64,000 nt of DNA from Faecousia sp. (GCA_045652545.1 JAZRUM010000080.1:1355-65354), one strand, 5' to 3'; shown: positions 48,829 through 58,928, counted from the stretch's first letter. Made by a program: numbers and translations. Notes: a model not told the origin generated them from the letters alone.

Positions 48829-48853
48829 TTGAACGCCTTTTTTGTAAATATAA

Positions 48854-49138
48854 TTACGGACGCGGGCAGGGGAAACCAAGAATTAAGGAAAAAACCGTAC
48901 AAATCAGAAGCGCTGCAAAGGCAGTAGTAATCCACAGGCTGCGTTTGGATAAAAGCTCACCGGTTAAATATAGATAGACAAGGCATAAAGGGCAGAGCAA
49001 AATGGTTACAATAGCACATATAACCTTTAGCCATAAAACACCGGTACCGGAAGCAATTAGAAAAGCAATAAAAATTTTAGACAGCGTGAACAAAATTATA
49101 AGCATAATTTTTTCCATATTTTTATATCTGTTTTTCAT
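48854..49138 (-). CDS. Small membrane protein (about 3 TM)
   Basis: 94-aa hydrophobic ORF with GGGG-type RBS. Confidence 0.7.
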   Translation of the reverse strand: MKNRYKNMEKIMLIILFTLSKIFIAFLIASGTGVLWLKVICAIVTILLCPLCLVYLYLTGELLSKRSLWITTAFAALLICTVFSLILGFPCPRP

Positions 49139-49284
49139 ATCTTTTCCCCAACTTGTATTTTTGTTATTTTAGCATATTTCGTCCTTAAATGCAATGTTGG
49201 ATTTGTTTTTTAAGGGAAATGCTTGCACGATAATAAAAACAGTGATATAATATTTAAAATTTGGCATTATTATGAGGGTACGAT

Positions 49285-50079
49285 ATGGCTGAACCGCAAT
49301 ATCGCCTTGAGGGCATTGTTCGCACCAGAAGTGAAATGATGGAGGATTTTGAAGGTCCTCTTGATGTTATCTTTCTGCTGCTCAGTAAAAATAAAATAGA
49401 GATTGAAGATGTTTCCATCACAGCAATTTTGGAGCAATACTTGGCATATCTTGACGAGATGAAGCGTTTGGATATGGAGATCGCCAGTGAGTTTATCACA
49501 ATGGCATCCCATCTCATGTTGATTAAGACAAAAATGCTTTTATCGGCAGCTGAGGCAGCAGAAGCCCAAAATGAATTGGACCTTTTGCGGCAGTCTTTGA
49601 TTGAGCGGCAGCGAAAGGAAGCTCTGGAGCAAATTCGCATGGCGATTACATCTCTGGAACTGCGAAATGACATAGGCCGGTGTATTTTTACAAAAGAACC
49701 GGAACCGCTCCGCAGGGACGCTACCTACCGCTATAAGCATCAGCCTGAGGATATGCTTTTGGCCTTGGATGAAATTGCTGAGCGGAATCAGCGGCGATTG
49801 CCGCCCCCTACAGTGAACTTTAAGGGCATTGTGGGCAAAGAACCGTACCCTGTGACGAAAAAGGCAACTGAACTGATCAGAACCCTTGTGCTCAAAGGTG
49901 TTGAACGGTTGAAAAATCTTTTCAGAGGCAATAAGACCCGTTCTGAAGTGGTTGCAACCTTTCTTGCGCTGCTGGAGCTATGTAAGACCAATTCCGTTTC
50001 TTTGGAAGATGACAACACCGGCGAGAACCCCAATGTGAAATTACTGGATAATCAAGTGGATGTAAAGGAGGAGACCTGA
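49285..50079 (+). CDS. scpA: Segregation and condensation protein A
   Basis: DFEGPLDVI..ASEFITMASHLMLIKTKMLL, VATFLALLEL. Confidence 0.95.
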   Translation: MAEPQYRLEGIVRTRSEMMEDFEGPLDVIFLLLSKNKIEIEDVSITAILEQYLAYLDEMKRLDMEIASEFITMASHLMLIKTKMLLSAAEAAEAQNELDLLRQSLIERQRKEALEQIRMAITSLELRNDIGRCIFTKEPEPLRRDATYRYKHQPEDMLLALDEIAERNQRRLPPPTVNFKGIVGKEPYPVTKKATELIRTLVLKGVERLKNLFRGNKTRSEVVATFLALLELCKTNSVSLEDDNTGENPNVKLLDNQVDVKEET

Positions 50080-50678
50080 TGGAACAAAGTGAATTGCAAA
50101 GAATTCTTGAGGCGATCCTCTTTGCTGCAGGAGAGCCGGTGGATATATCCAGATTAAGCGATTCTCTTGAAGTGGACGAGAAGGACATTGTAATGGCGTT
50201 AGATACCCTTGCAGATGAATTGTCCTTTAACCGTCGGGGTGTCCGCATTCTGCGTTTGGAGCGCAGATACCAAATGGTATCCTCCGGTGAGATGGCGGAT
50301 TATATCACCAAGACATTGGAGACCCGGAAACCGCCCAAGTTGTCCTCGTCGCAGTTGGAGGCTTTGACGATCGTCGCATACTATCAGCCTGCGACTAAGG
50401 CAATGGTGGAACAAATCAGGGGCGTAGACAGTTCCTATTCCATATCTGCCTTGATGAATAAAAAGCTGATTGAAGAAGCAGGCAGATTAAACGTCCCTGG
50501 CAGACCGATTCTATACAGAACCACACCGGATTTTCTGCGTACCTTCGGACTGAGTTCTCTGAAGGAATTGCCCGAAATCGAGAAAGTCGATTTGGGCGAG
50601 CCGATTCAGGAAGAGATAACAGAGGTGACCCAGGGAACAACCGAATCACAACCTGCACAGCTGCAATCCGTGGAGTAA
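50079..50678 (+). CDS. scpB: Segregation and condensation protein B
   Basis: LEAILFAAGEP, LEALTIVAYYQP..IRGVDS, GRPILYRTT..FL..FGL. Confidence 0.96.
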   Translation: MEQSELQRILEAILFAAGEPVDISRLSDSLEVDEKDIVMALDTLADELSFNRRGVRILRLERRYQMVSSGEMADYITKTLETRKPPKLSSSQLEALTIVAYYQPATKAMVEQIRGVDSSYSISALMNKKLIEEAGRLNVPGRPILYRTTPDFLRTFGLSSLKELPEIEKVDLGEPIQEEITEVTQGTTESQPAQLQSVE

Positions 50679-50683
50679 CGTCA

Positions 50684-51274
50684 ATGGGATGGTTGATTGT
50701 AGTTGGCTGTCTGCTTTTGTTGGGACTTATTCCACTGGGTGTCATCGCCCGATATGACAACGGTACTACCCGCGTATTGTTTACTGTTGGTTTTTTGCGT
50801 TTTTCGCTGTATCCGGCAAATAAGAAAGCTGCAAAGCGTACCAACGGTGGCAAGAAAAGTAAATACGCGAAATCAGGATCGCATGAAAATGCAAGAAGCA
50901 TCTCAGATTATTGGCCGCATGTGCAGCTTGTGTTGGATTTTCTTGTGGATTTTCGCAAAAAGCTGCAAATTAATGATTTGCGTTTACGGGCGATACTTGC
51001 AGCAGATGACCCTTATCATCTAAGCGTAAATTACGGGCGCGCATGGGTTACATTAGGGAATCTGATGCCTATTATTGAGCGCTGCTTTAAAATCAGAAAT
51101 CGTGAACTTGAAGTTCTGTGTGATTTCACAGCAGAAAAAACGGAAATTTATGGATATATTAATATGACGATCACGGTTTCACAGCTTTTATCCATTGGTG
51201 TTTACCATGGTATTAAAGTGCTGAGAAAATATATCTCGATTACAAAAAAAGCAAAGGATGGTGCCGTATCATGA
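50684..51274 (+). CDS. DUF2953 (YtfI-like) protein
   Basis: N-terminal TM, DDP..YG motif; position between scpB and ytfJ. Confidence 0.7.
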   Translation: MGWLIVVGCLLLLGLIPLGVIARYDNGTTRVLFTVGFLRFSLYPANKKAAKRTNGGKKSKYAKSGSHENARSISDYWPHVQLVLDFLVDFRKKLQINDLRLRAILAADDPYHLSVNYGRAWVTLGNLMPIIERCFKIRNRELEVLCDFTAEKTEIYGYINMTITVSQLLSIGVYHGIKVLRKYISITKKAKDGAVS

Positions 51275-51660
51275 GCCAGAAACTTCCCAATATGCTTGAG
51301 AATACCATTGCAAAGATCCGTGAATTGGTGGATGCCAATTCCGTTGTGGGTGAACCTATTGTTGCCGGTGAAGGAATTACGATCATTCCCATTTCTAAGA
51401 TCAGCATCGGTCTTGGCGGTGGCGGTTCTGACTTTACAACAAAGAGTTCCAATTCTCATGATAATCCTTTTGGCGGCGGCGTGGGTGCCGGTGTTAAGGT
51501 AGTTCCTGTGGCATTTCTGATCATCAAGGATGGGAATGTCCGTATGATGCCTGTGGCAACTCCTGCCAACACTACGGCTGACCGTCTTGTGGAAATGGTT
51601 CCGGATACATTGGACAAGATCGCTGCATTTGTGGATTCCCGTACAAATAAGGGGGAATAA
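51271..51660 (+). CDS. ytfJ: Sporulation protein YtfJ/GerW
   Basis: VDANSVVGEPI, IIPISKISIGLGGGGSD, GGGVGAGV..PVAFL. Confidence 0.93.
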   Translation: MSQKLPNMLENTIAKIRELVDANSVVGEPIVAGEGITIIPISKISIGLGGGGSDFTTKSSNSHDNPFGGGVGAGVKVVPVAFLIIKDGNVRMMPVATPANTTADRLVEMVPDTLDKIAAFVDSRTNKGE

Positions 51661-51700
51661 TCCTCTATGCCCTGAGAAATACTACTCAGGGGTGACGGCT

Positions 51701-52792
51701 ATGAAACGATTTTTAAACGGGATGGCGGCTGTGTTGCTGATCGCCATCCTTTTTTTACCTTTTCAAGTATATGGAATCAGTGCGCAGCATTGTGTTCTTA
51801 TGGATGCATCAACAAAGCGGGTTTTATATGAAAAGAAACCTGATGACCGTGCTTTGATAGCAAGTACAACAAAAATCATGACCGCATTGGTTGTTTGCGA
51901 GCAAGTCAATGTATTGGACCGGGTGCGAATTCCGAAAGAAGCAGTTGGCATCGAAGGATCTTCCATGTATCTGCGTGAAGGGGAAGTTCTGACTGTGCAG
52001 GAGCTGCTTTACGGACTTATGCTTCACAGCGGAAATGATGCGGCAGTGGCACTTGCCATATACTGCGCAGGTACTGTGGAAGGGTTTGCGCAGTTGATGA
52101 ACGACAAAGCCCATCGTTTGGGATTGAACCAAACCCATTTTGAAAATCCCCATGGTTTGGATAGTCCTGAGCATTACTCGACAGCCCGGGACTTGGCTGT
52201 TTTGGCGGCCTATGCAATGGACAATCCTATCTTTGCTAAAACTGTTTCTACAAAAACAGTTTCTGCCGGTGGACGTATACTGCGAAACCATAATAAATTG
52301 TTGTGGCGTGTTGACGGTGCTGACGGTGTTAAGACCGGTTTTACAAAGGCAGCCGGACGGATTCTTGTTTCCAGCGCAACACGGCAGGGCAGAAGGCTTG
52401 TTGCGGTGACGATCAATGCGCCGGATGATTGGAATGATCATAGTTCATTGCTGGAAAGCGGTTTTGATCGCTATACTGTAAGGAAATTGGTGAACGAAGG
52501 CGAGTGTCTCGGAACTGTTGAAGTTGCAGGCGGACAGTATTCAGATGTGAATCTATTGGCTGCTGAAGATTTTGATTTTCCTTTAGCAAAAGATGAGAAA
52601 GTGGAGATCGTTTTGCAGGGAGTTGGCTTTGTTTATGCACCGGTTATTCAGGAACAAACTGCAGGGCATGCGTATATTTACGTTGATGACCAGTGCGTAG
52701 GAAAAGTTGAATTGCTGTACGGGGATAGTATAGAACAGACAAAACCAAAAGCGTCTTTTTGGAGCAAGTTGTTTGGAGGGAATCACAGTTGA
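51701..52792 (+). CDS. dacB: D-alanyl-D-alanine carboxypeptidase (DacB-like, S11)
   Basis: ASTTK, SGNDAA, NPHGLD, KTG; synteny ytfJ-dacB. Confidence 0.85.
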   Translation: MKRFLNGMAAVLLIAILFLPFQVYGISAQHCVLMDASTKRVLYEKKPDDRALIASTTKIMTALVVCEQVNVLDRVRIPKEAVGIEGSSMYLREGEVLTVQELLYGLMLHSGNDAAVALAIYCAGTVEGFAQLMNDKAHRLGLNQTHFENPHGLDSPEHYSTARDLAVLAAYAMDNPIFAKTVSTKTVSAGGRILRNHNKLLWRVDGADGVKTGFTKAAGRILVSSATRQGRRLVAVTINAPDDWNDHSSLLESGFDRYTVRKLVNEGECLGTVEVAGGQYSDVNLLAAEDFDFPLAKDEKVEIVLQGVGFVYAPVIQEQTAGHAYIYVDDQCVGKVELLYGDSIEQTKPKASFWSKLFGGNHS

Positions 52793-53493
52793 AAGAACGG
52801 ATTCAAAAAATTTTGGCCTCCCGGGGTGTTGCATCCCGCCGTCAAGCAGAAAAAATGATCCTTGATGGGCGTGTTAGTTGCAATGGCGTCGTTTGTACCC
52901 TTGGGGAATCTGCAGATGCAGAACTTGATATAATTCTTCTGGATGGTAAACCGTTACCATCCGGAAACGTACATATTTATATCATGTTAAATAAACCACG
53001 GGGATATGTTACCACCATGTGTGACGAAAAAGGACGAAAAGACGTGTCAGAATTGGTAGCAGATTCTCCTGAAAGAGTGTATCCTGTGGGTCGGTTGGAC
53101 ATGGATTCAGAGGGGCTTCTTCTTTTCACCAATGACGGAGATTTTGCAAACCGTTTGATGCACCCAAGTCACCAGGTCAACAAAATATACCGTGTCAATG
53201 TAGTTGGCTATTCCCAGGGCGGACTTGAGAATTTGCAACAGCCAATTGTTTTAGACGGTTATCAGATACGCAAGCCGGATGTAAAATTACTTCGTGAGCG
53301 TGGTGCTAAAGCAGAACTGCTGATTACCATTCATGAAGGCAGAAACCGACAGGTTCGCAGGATGTGTGCTGCCGCAGGCATGAAGGTGACTCGTCTTGTT
53401 CGCGTCCAGGAAGGTACATTGATGTTGGGAACGCTTCAGCCTGGGAATTGGCGCTATTTAACACAGGAAGAAATCAGGGGATTGATGGAATGA
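52789..53493 (+). CDS. rluB: rRNA pseudouridine synthase (RluB/RsuA family)
   Basis: ERIQKILASRGVASRR, NKPRGY, GRLDMDSEGL, EGRNRQVRRM; TTG start after GGAGG. Confidence 0.9.
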   Translation: MKERIQKILASRGVASRRQAEKMILDGRVSCNGVVCTLGESADAELDIILLDGKPLPSGNVHIYIMLNKPRGYVTTMCDEKGRKDVSELVADSPERVYPVGRLDMDSEGLLLFTNDGDFANRLMHPSHQVNKIYRVNVVGYSQGGLENLQQPIVLDGYQIRKPDVKLLRERGAKAELLITIHEGRNRQVRRMCAAAGMKVTRLVRVQEGTLMLGTLQPGNWRYLTQEEIRGLME

Positions 53494-53576
53494 TTCTGCA
53501 ATTTTTGTGGTTTGGACTTGCAAAATTGCTCTTTCTTTGATACCATTTATAGAACGAATTATTTTTATGGAGTGGT

Positions 53577-54452
53577 ATGGATATGAATGAAGATCTGTTT
53601 TCGGTTTTGCAGCAAAAAGCCCAGTCCTTTTCTAAAGGACAGAGACTGCTTGCGAAGTACATAACGGAATCATATGACAAGGCTGCGTTTATGACTGCCA
53701 GCAAACTTGGCGATACTGTTGGGGTATCCGAGTCTACAGTCGTTCGTTTCGCGGTAGAGCTTGGGTATGCCGGTTATCCCAGCATGCAAAAGGCGATGCA
53801 GGAGCTGGTTTTAAACCGTTTGACCTCTGTTCAGCGCATTGAGGCAACCAACGACAGAATCGGCAAGCAGAATGTGATCGATACTGTTCTGCAATCGGAT
53901 GCAGACAAGCTGCGTCAGACCGCTGAGATGGTGGATAAGGATGCATTTGATGCTGCTGTTAAGCTAATTCTTGGCGCGAAAAACATCTACATATTAGGTT
54001 GCAGATCTGCTGCACCCCTTGCCAGTTTCTTGGGATATTATCTTAATTTTATGTTCGATAACGTACACATTGTAACAGCCTCCGGTGCCAGCGAAATGTT
54101 TGAGAAATTGTTTCGCGTGGATGCAAGTGATGTGGTAATAGCCTTCAGTTTTCCCAGATATTCCGCTGCCACTGCTAAGGGTGCAGAGTATTGTCGTACC
54201 ACCGGCGCAACCGTGATTGGCTGCACCGATAGCTATCTGTCACCTTTGGGCCAGTACTGCGACCATGTTTTGCTGGCAAAGAGCGATATGCTGTCCCTTG
54301 TTGACTCGCTGGTTGCACCTCTTAGCCTTGTCAATGCATTGCTTGTTGCGTTGGCAGCCGGCAGAGAACAGATTCTTGGCAAAACATTCGATGCATTAGA
54401 AAGAGTCTGGGACGAATACAATGTTTATGAAAAGCGGGTCGATAACCGATGA
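53577..54452 (+). CDS. RpiR/MurR-family transcriptional regulator
   Basis: VSESTVVRFAVELGYAGY HTH plus SIS domain (FSFPRYS). Confidence 0.93.
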   Translation: MDMNEDLFSVLQQKAQSFSKGQRLLAKYITESYDKAAFMTASKLGDTVGVSESTVVRFAVELGYAGYPSMQKAMQELVLNRLTSVQRIEATNDRIGKQNVIDTVLQSDADKLRQTAEMVDKDAFDAAVKLILGAKNIYILGCRSAAPLASFLGYYLNFMFDNVHIVTASGASEMFEKLFRVDASDVVIAFSFPRYSAATAKGAEYCRTTGATVIGCTDSYLSPLGQYCDHVLLAKSDMLSLVDSLVAPLSLVNALLVALAAGREQILGKTFDALERVWDEYNVYEKRVDNR

Positions 54453-55675
54453 AGATAGACGGCATCGTAATTGGCGGAGGTCCTGCCGGCATGATGGCCG
54501 CATTAACTGCGGCATCGAATGGTCAGCGGGTTATGCTTTTGGAACGCAATGAGCGTTTAGGCAAAAAATTGCTGATTACAGGAAAAGGCAGATGTAATGT
54601 AACAAATAATTGCACTGTGCAGGATGTTTTACTAAACGTACCGAGAAACGGGCGGTTTCTATACAGCGCCCTAAATGCCATGACCCCGGATGCAGTCATG
54701 GATTTCTTTGAAAAGAACGGTTGTCCGTTAAAGGTGGAAAGGGGAAACCGGGTGTTTCCCGTTACCGATCGTTCCTCCAGTGTTCTGGAATCATTAAAAA
54801 AATGTTTAAAGGAATCCGGTGTGATCATCCGCAATGCCCGTGCCAGCGAAATTTTGGTATCTGACGGAGTTGTGTCCGGTGTTGCCTGCAGTGGCGAACG
54901 GTATGACTGTAAATGGGTGATTTTAGCTACCGGCGGCGTATCTTATCCTGCAACCGGTTCCACCGGTGACGGATACGCAATGGCGCAGATGCTTGGACAC
55001 AGCATAATTGCGCAAGATGGATCTTTGGTTCCATTGGAAGCGGAAGGGGATATCTGCGGTGCCATGCAAGGACTTAGCCTTCGCAATGTTTCTGTGAAGC
55101 TTGTGGACGGAAAGGGAAAACTCTTATTTAAAGATTTTGGCGAATTTTTGTTTACCCATTTCGGAGTATCAGGTCCTACAGTATTAAGTGCCAGCGCCCA
55201 TTTAAAAGGAAACGGCTGCTGCTTGTATGTTGATCTGAAACCAGCCTTGGATCATGCAAAGCTGGATGCCAGAATACTACGGGATTTGGAAAAGTTTCAG
55301 AACCGAACTATGGAAAATGCACTTGTGGAGCTGCTGCCCCGTTCCATGATACCTGTTGTATTAAAAATGCTGAATATTCCGCTGAATTTGCAGGCAAACT
55401 CTTTGAAGAAAGAGCAGCGCCGTGCTTTGACGGAGTTATTAAAGGCCTTTCCGGTTAAAATTACCGGAAAACGACCGGTTGAAGAGGCAATTATTACCAG
55501 CGGAGGCGTTAAGGTTTCTGAGATCGATCCCAAAACAATGGGATCAAAACTGGTAAGAAGACTGTATTTTGCAGGTGAAATTATAGATTGCGACGCATAT
55601 ACCGGTGGTTTTAATCTGCAAATCGCATGGTCGACCGGCTTTGCTGCCGGCACTGCCGTGAAAAACATTGATTGA
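54449..55675 (+). CDS. HI0933/BaiN-family flavoprotein
   Basis: GGGPAGM, GKKLLITGKGRCNVTN, TGGFNLQIAWSTG. Confidence 0.93.
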   Translation: MKIDGIVIGGGPAGMMAALTAASNGQRVMLLERNERLGKKLLITGKGRCNVTNNCTVQDVLLNVPRNGRFLYSALNAMTPDAVMDFFEKNGCPLKVERGNRVFPVTDRSSSVLESLKKCLKESGVIIRNARASEILVSDGVVSGVACSGERYDCKWVILATGGVSYPATGSTGDGYAMAQMLGHSIIAQDGSLVPLEAEGDICGAMQGLSLRNVSVKLVDGKGKLLFKDFGEFLFTHFGVSGPTVLSASAHLKGNGCCLYVDLKPALDHAKLDARILRDLEKFQNRTMENALVELLPRSMIPVVLKMLNIPLNLQANSLKKEQRRALTELLKAFPVKITGKRPVEEAIITSGGVKVSEIDPKTMGSKLVRRLYFAGEIIDCDAYTGGFNLQIAWSTGFAAGTAVKNID

Positions 55676-55701
55676 CAAAACGCATGGTGTATAATAAAAT
55701 A
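55673..55701 (+). promoter_or_regulatory. Sigma-A promoter of acpP (probably also SRP RNA)
   Basis: TTGACA-17nt-TAAAAT. Confidence 0.65.
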
Positions 55702-55749
55702 CATTATGGTATTCTCAATAGAGAAAAGAATAAATTGGAGGATAAAATT

Positions 55750-55971
55750 ATGTACGAAAAGCTGGTTTCCTACGCTTCCAAGCAGCTTGAGCTGGATGCA
55801 GCTGAGATTACCCGGGATAGCACTTTTGAGAGCTTGGGAATCGACTCTTTGGATATCGTTGAGATGATTATGGATCTTGAGTCTGAGCTGGGCATTGAAT
55901 TGGAGATGGAGGATCAGAAGATCACTACATTTGGCCAGTTGGCTGACTTTATCGATTCTAAATTGAACTAA
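55750..55971 (+). CDS. acpP: Acyl carrier protein
   Basis: LGIDSLDIVE phosphopantetheine motif, acidic 73 aa. Confidence 0.92.
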   Translation: MYEKLVSYASKQLELDAAEITRDSTFESLGIDSLDIVEMIMDLESELGIELEMEDQKITTFGQLADFIDSKLN

Positions 55972-56017
55972 AGTTAATAAATAAAACCTTGTTGTGACGG
56001 ACCGGCTTATAACAAGG

Positions 56018-56283
56018 TCGCACTAGTCGGGGAGATAGCGGTGCCCTGTTGCCCGCAATCCGCTATAGCGGGGATGAATTCCCACACTCGGACAAGTTTG
56101 TGTGCTGTCTGGACTGTGAAAGCGGTGTTGAAGGAACGGTCTTGCGCAACGAGATCCCGTGAACCATGTCAGGTGGGGAACCAAGCAGCATTAAGCGGAA
56201 CTTCTCGTGTGCCGCGAGGCTGCCGTTTCTGAGCTGGCTGCACGGATACCGAGCATTCGGCTTGTACAAATGTGGGTGTGCGA
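56018..56283 (+). ncRNA. ffs: Large bacterial SRP RNA (scRNA, Alu plus S domain)
   Basis: GGGGAGATAGCGGTGCCCTG..GCAATCCGCT.TAGC Alu domain; GAACCATGTCAGGT-GG-GGAA-CC-AAGCAGCA helix 8; upstream of dnaX as in Bacillus; ends approximate. Confidence 0.93.
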
Positions 56284-56319
56284 TCTTGTTATAAGCCGGA
56301 CTGTTTTTTGGAGGTTAGT

Positions 56320-57921
56320 ATGTATCAGGCACTGTATAGAAAATACCGTCCACAGACCTTTGATGATATGATTGGTCAACTGGCAGTGACCCAAACGCTG
56401 AAAATGCAGATTCTCAGCGGTAAACTGAGTCACGCCTATTTATTCACCGGGTCTCGCGGTACGGGTAAGACAAGCTGTGCAAAGATCTTGGCAAAAGCGG
56501 TTAACTGTGAAAATCCGCAAGATGGAAATCCGTGTAATTGCTGCAATAGCTGTAAGGCGATTGATTCCGGCGCATGCATGGATGTATTAGAGATCGATGC
56601 TGCTTCAAACAATGGCGTTGATAATGTTCGTGATCTGCGTGACGATGCCATCTATACGCCTTCTCAAGTGAAAATGCGCGTGTACATTATCGACGAGGTG
56701 CACATGCTCTCGATTTCTGCATTTAATGCATTGTTAAAGATCATTGAGGAGCCGCCAAAGCATCTTTTGTTCATACTTGCAACAACAGAATTGCATAAAG
56801 TTCCTGCGACGATTCTTTCCAGATGCCAGCGTTTTGCATTCAAGCGCATCAGCCAGGAGGATATTGCTGCCAGATTGCAATATGTTGCCTATCAAGAAGA
56901 TATAGACTTGGACGATTCTGCTGCGCGGATCCTTGCCCGTATGGCTGACGGCGGTATGCGAGATGCATTGAGCCTTTTGGACCAGTGTTCCTCTGCTACT
57001 GACGGGGAATTGAATGCCGATAAGGTATACGCATGCCTCGGCATTGCCGGAATACAGCACAGTGCCCAGCTGATGAGGTGTATTGCGCAGCAGGACACTG
57101 CAAAAGCCCTGTCACTTTTAAATCACCTTTATTCAGAAGGTAAGGATCTGGGTGCGTTGTTGGATGAGCTTGCATGCCTTACCCGAGATTGCATGGTCAT
57201 GAAGACAGCGGCAAAAGAGGGGATCGGTCTGCTTTCGGGCGTTGCATCTGACACAGATGCGCTGTCCTTGTCAGAAAAATTTTCTGCCGGTGAATTGGTT
57301 CGTATGTTAAACATAATCCAAAATACGGTTGTAGGATTTACCCGTAGCGCCAGTCGTCGCATGGACGCAGAATTGTGTATTGTGAATCTTTGTCAACCTG
57401 AGTTGGAAAGCGATACACAGTCCCTGCTTGCCCGATTGACGCGAATTGAAGATCAAATCAAGTCGGGAACACTGGCGCAGGTTTCCGCGCCGGAACAGCC
57501 TGTGGTTGCCCCTGCACCCTCGGTGCAAGCGACTCCTGAAGAAGTAGTGGTTGCCGTTCCGGAAAAGGAGATAGCGGATGAAGCGCCTGTGGGTTTCTGG
57601 GCAGATATCGTTGCAGCGGTTCGTGCGGAACTGACGCCATCCATGCGTGGATTCTTTACCACCAGTGACAATTCGCCGTTGCGAGGTGTACTGGCAGGGG
57701 AAAAGCTGGTGCTGCTGTGTGCTAACAAGTTTATCATCGACATTATTAACAAACCTGATATTACCGGACTTGTAGCCAGAAAGGCTTCTGCAAAGCTGGG
57801 CAGACCCATTCGTGTGGTTGTTACAGATAACAGTGGTGTAGATCAGAAAAATGCGCAAATGGATCAGCTTTTAGACTTTGGCAGAACCCATTCAGACGTA
57901 ATAAATATTACCGATAACTAG
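56320..57921 (+). CDS. dnaX: DNA polymerase III subunit gamma/tau
   Basis: YQALYRKYRPQTF, GSRGTGKTS, DEVHML, TILSRCQ. Confidence 0.97.
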   Translation: MYQALYRKYRPQTFDDMIGQLAVTQTLKMQILSGKLSHAYLFTGSRGTGKTSCAKILAKAVNCENPQDGNPCNCCNSCKAIDSGACMDVLEIDAASNNGVDNVRDLRDDAIYTPSQVKMRVYIIDEVHMLSISAFNALLKIIEEPPKHLLFILATTELHKVPATILSRCQRFAFKRISQEDIAARLQYVAYQEDIDLDDSAARILARMADGGMRDALSLLDQCSSATDGELNADKVYACLGIAGIQHSAQLMRCIAQQDTAKALSLLNHLYSEGKDLGALLDELACLTRDCMVMKTAAKEGIGLLSGVASDTDALSLSEKFSAGELVRMLNIIQNTVVGFTRSASRRMDAELCIVNLCQPELESDTQSLLARLTRIEDQIKSGTLAQVSAPEQPVVAPAPSVQATPEEVVVAVPEKEIADEAPVGFWADIVAAVRAELTPSMRGFFTTSDNSPLRGVLAGEKLVLLCANKFIIDIINKPDITGLVARKASAKLGRPIRVVVTDNSGVDQKNAQMDQLLDFGRTHSDVINITDN

Positions 57922-57938
57922 GAATAGGAGATATTAAA

Positions 57939-58283
57939 ATGGCAAAAGGTGGTTTCCGGGGTATGCCCGGTGGAATGAATCAAGCTGCTATGATGAAGCA
58001 GGCGCAGAAAATGCAACAGGAGATGTTGCGTATGCAGGAAGAAATGGAAAATAAAACCTATAGCGCAACAGCCGGCGGTGGTGTAGTGACTGCTTCTGCA
58101 AACGGTAAGCATGAGGTTGTAGATCTGCGTATTGATCCGGAAGCTGTTGACCCGGATGACGTGGAAATGCTGCAGGATATGGTCATTGCTGCAGTGAATG
58201 AGGCAATGCGCGCTGCTGATGCAGATGCTGCAAATAATATGTCCCGTTTGACCGGCGGCCTGAATTTGGGCGGTTTGTTCTAA
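57939..58283 (+). CDS. YbaB/EbfC nucleoid-associated protein
   Basis: MMKQAQKMQ, AGGGVV, DDVEMLQDMVIAAVN. Confidence 0.95.
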   Translation: MAKGGFRGMPGGMNQAAMMKQAQKMQQEMLRMQEEMENKTYSATAGGGVVTASANGKHEVVDLRIDPEAVDPDDVEMLQDMVIAAVNEAMRAADADAANNMSRLTGGLNLGGLF

Positions 58284-58292
58284 GGAGGAAAT

Positions 58293-58892
58293 ATGCATTA
58301 TTTTCCCGCTGCATTGCAGGACTTGGCAGATCAATTTGCCAGACTGCCGGGTGTTGGCGGCAAAACCGCACAACGCCTTGCGTTTTATGTTCTGGAAATG
58401 GATCCGGAGGATGCCCAGTCCTTTGCTGATGCAATCATTGAGGCAAAGAAGTCTGTACATTGCTGTCCTGTATGTCAAAACTTAACAGACCGTGAAATAT
58501 GCCCTATTTGTGACGATGACACTCGTGACAAGGGCTTGGTTTGCGTTGTGGCTGAGCCGAAGGATGTGATCGCCATGGAGCGCGCCAGAGAATTTTCCGG
58601 TGTCTATCACGTTTTGCACGGTGTTATTTCACCGCTGAACCATGTTTCTCAGGACGATATCCGAATTCGGGAATTGCTTTCAAGAGTGGCCGACGGAGGC
58701 GTTCGTGAGGTCATTATGGCAACGAACCCGGATACGGAGGGAGAAGCAACTGCAATGTATATTTCCCGACTGCTGCGCCCTTTGGAGGTCAAGGTCACAC
58801 GTTTGGCCTATGGCATTCCGGTTGGCAGCCAGTTGGAATATGCGGATGAAGTTACCCTGTCCCGGGCGCTGGAGGGCAGACAAGAAATGTAA
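58293..58892 (+). CDS. recR: Recombination mediator RecR
   Basis: LPGVGGKTAQRLA, C4 zinc finger, YHVLHG, EGEATA. Confidence 0.98.
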   Translation: MHYFPAALQDLADQFARLPGVGGKTAQRLAFYVLEMDPEDAQSFADAIIEAKKSVHCCPVCQNLTDREICPICDDDTRDKGLVCVVAEPKDVIAMERAREFSGVYHVLHGVISPLNHVSQDDIRIRELLSRVADGGVREVIMATNPDTEGEATAMYISRLLRPLEVKVTRLAYGIPVGSQLEYADEVTLSRALEGRQEM

Positions 58893-58894
58893 AT

Positions 58895-58926
58895 AAGACC
58901 TCGTTCCAAAAGGAACGAGGTCTTTT
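58895..58926. terminator. Bidirectional terminator
   Basis: AAGACCTCGTTCC-AAAA-GGAACGAGGTCTT. Confidence 0.85.
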
Positions 58927-58928
58927 CG

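Noticed and set aside
56041-56269. Small ORFs between acpP and dnaX
   Set aside because: The region is the SRP RNA gene.
56320-57921. Programmed -1 frameshift in dnaX
   Set aside because: No A-AAA-AAG slippery site or long A run with a downstream hairpin was seen.
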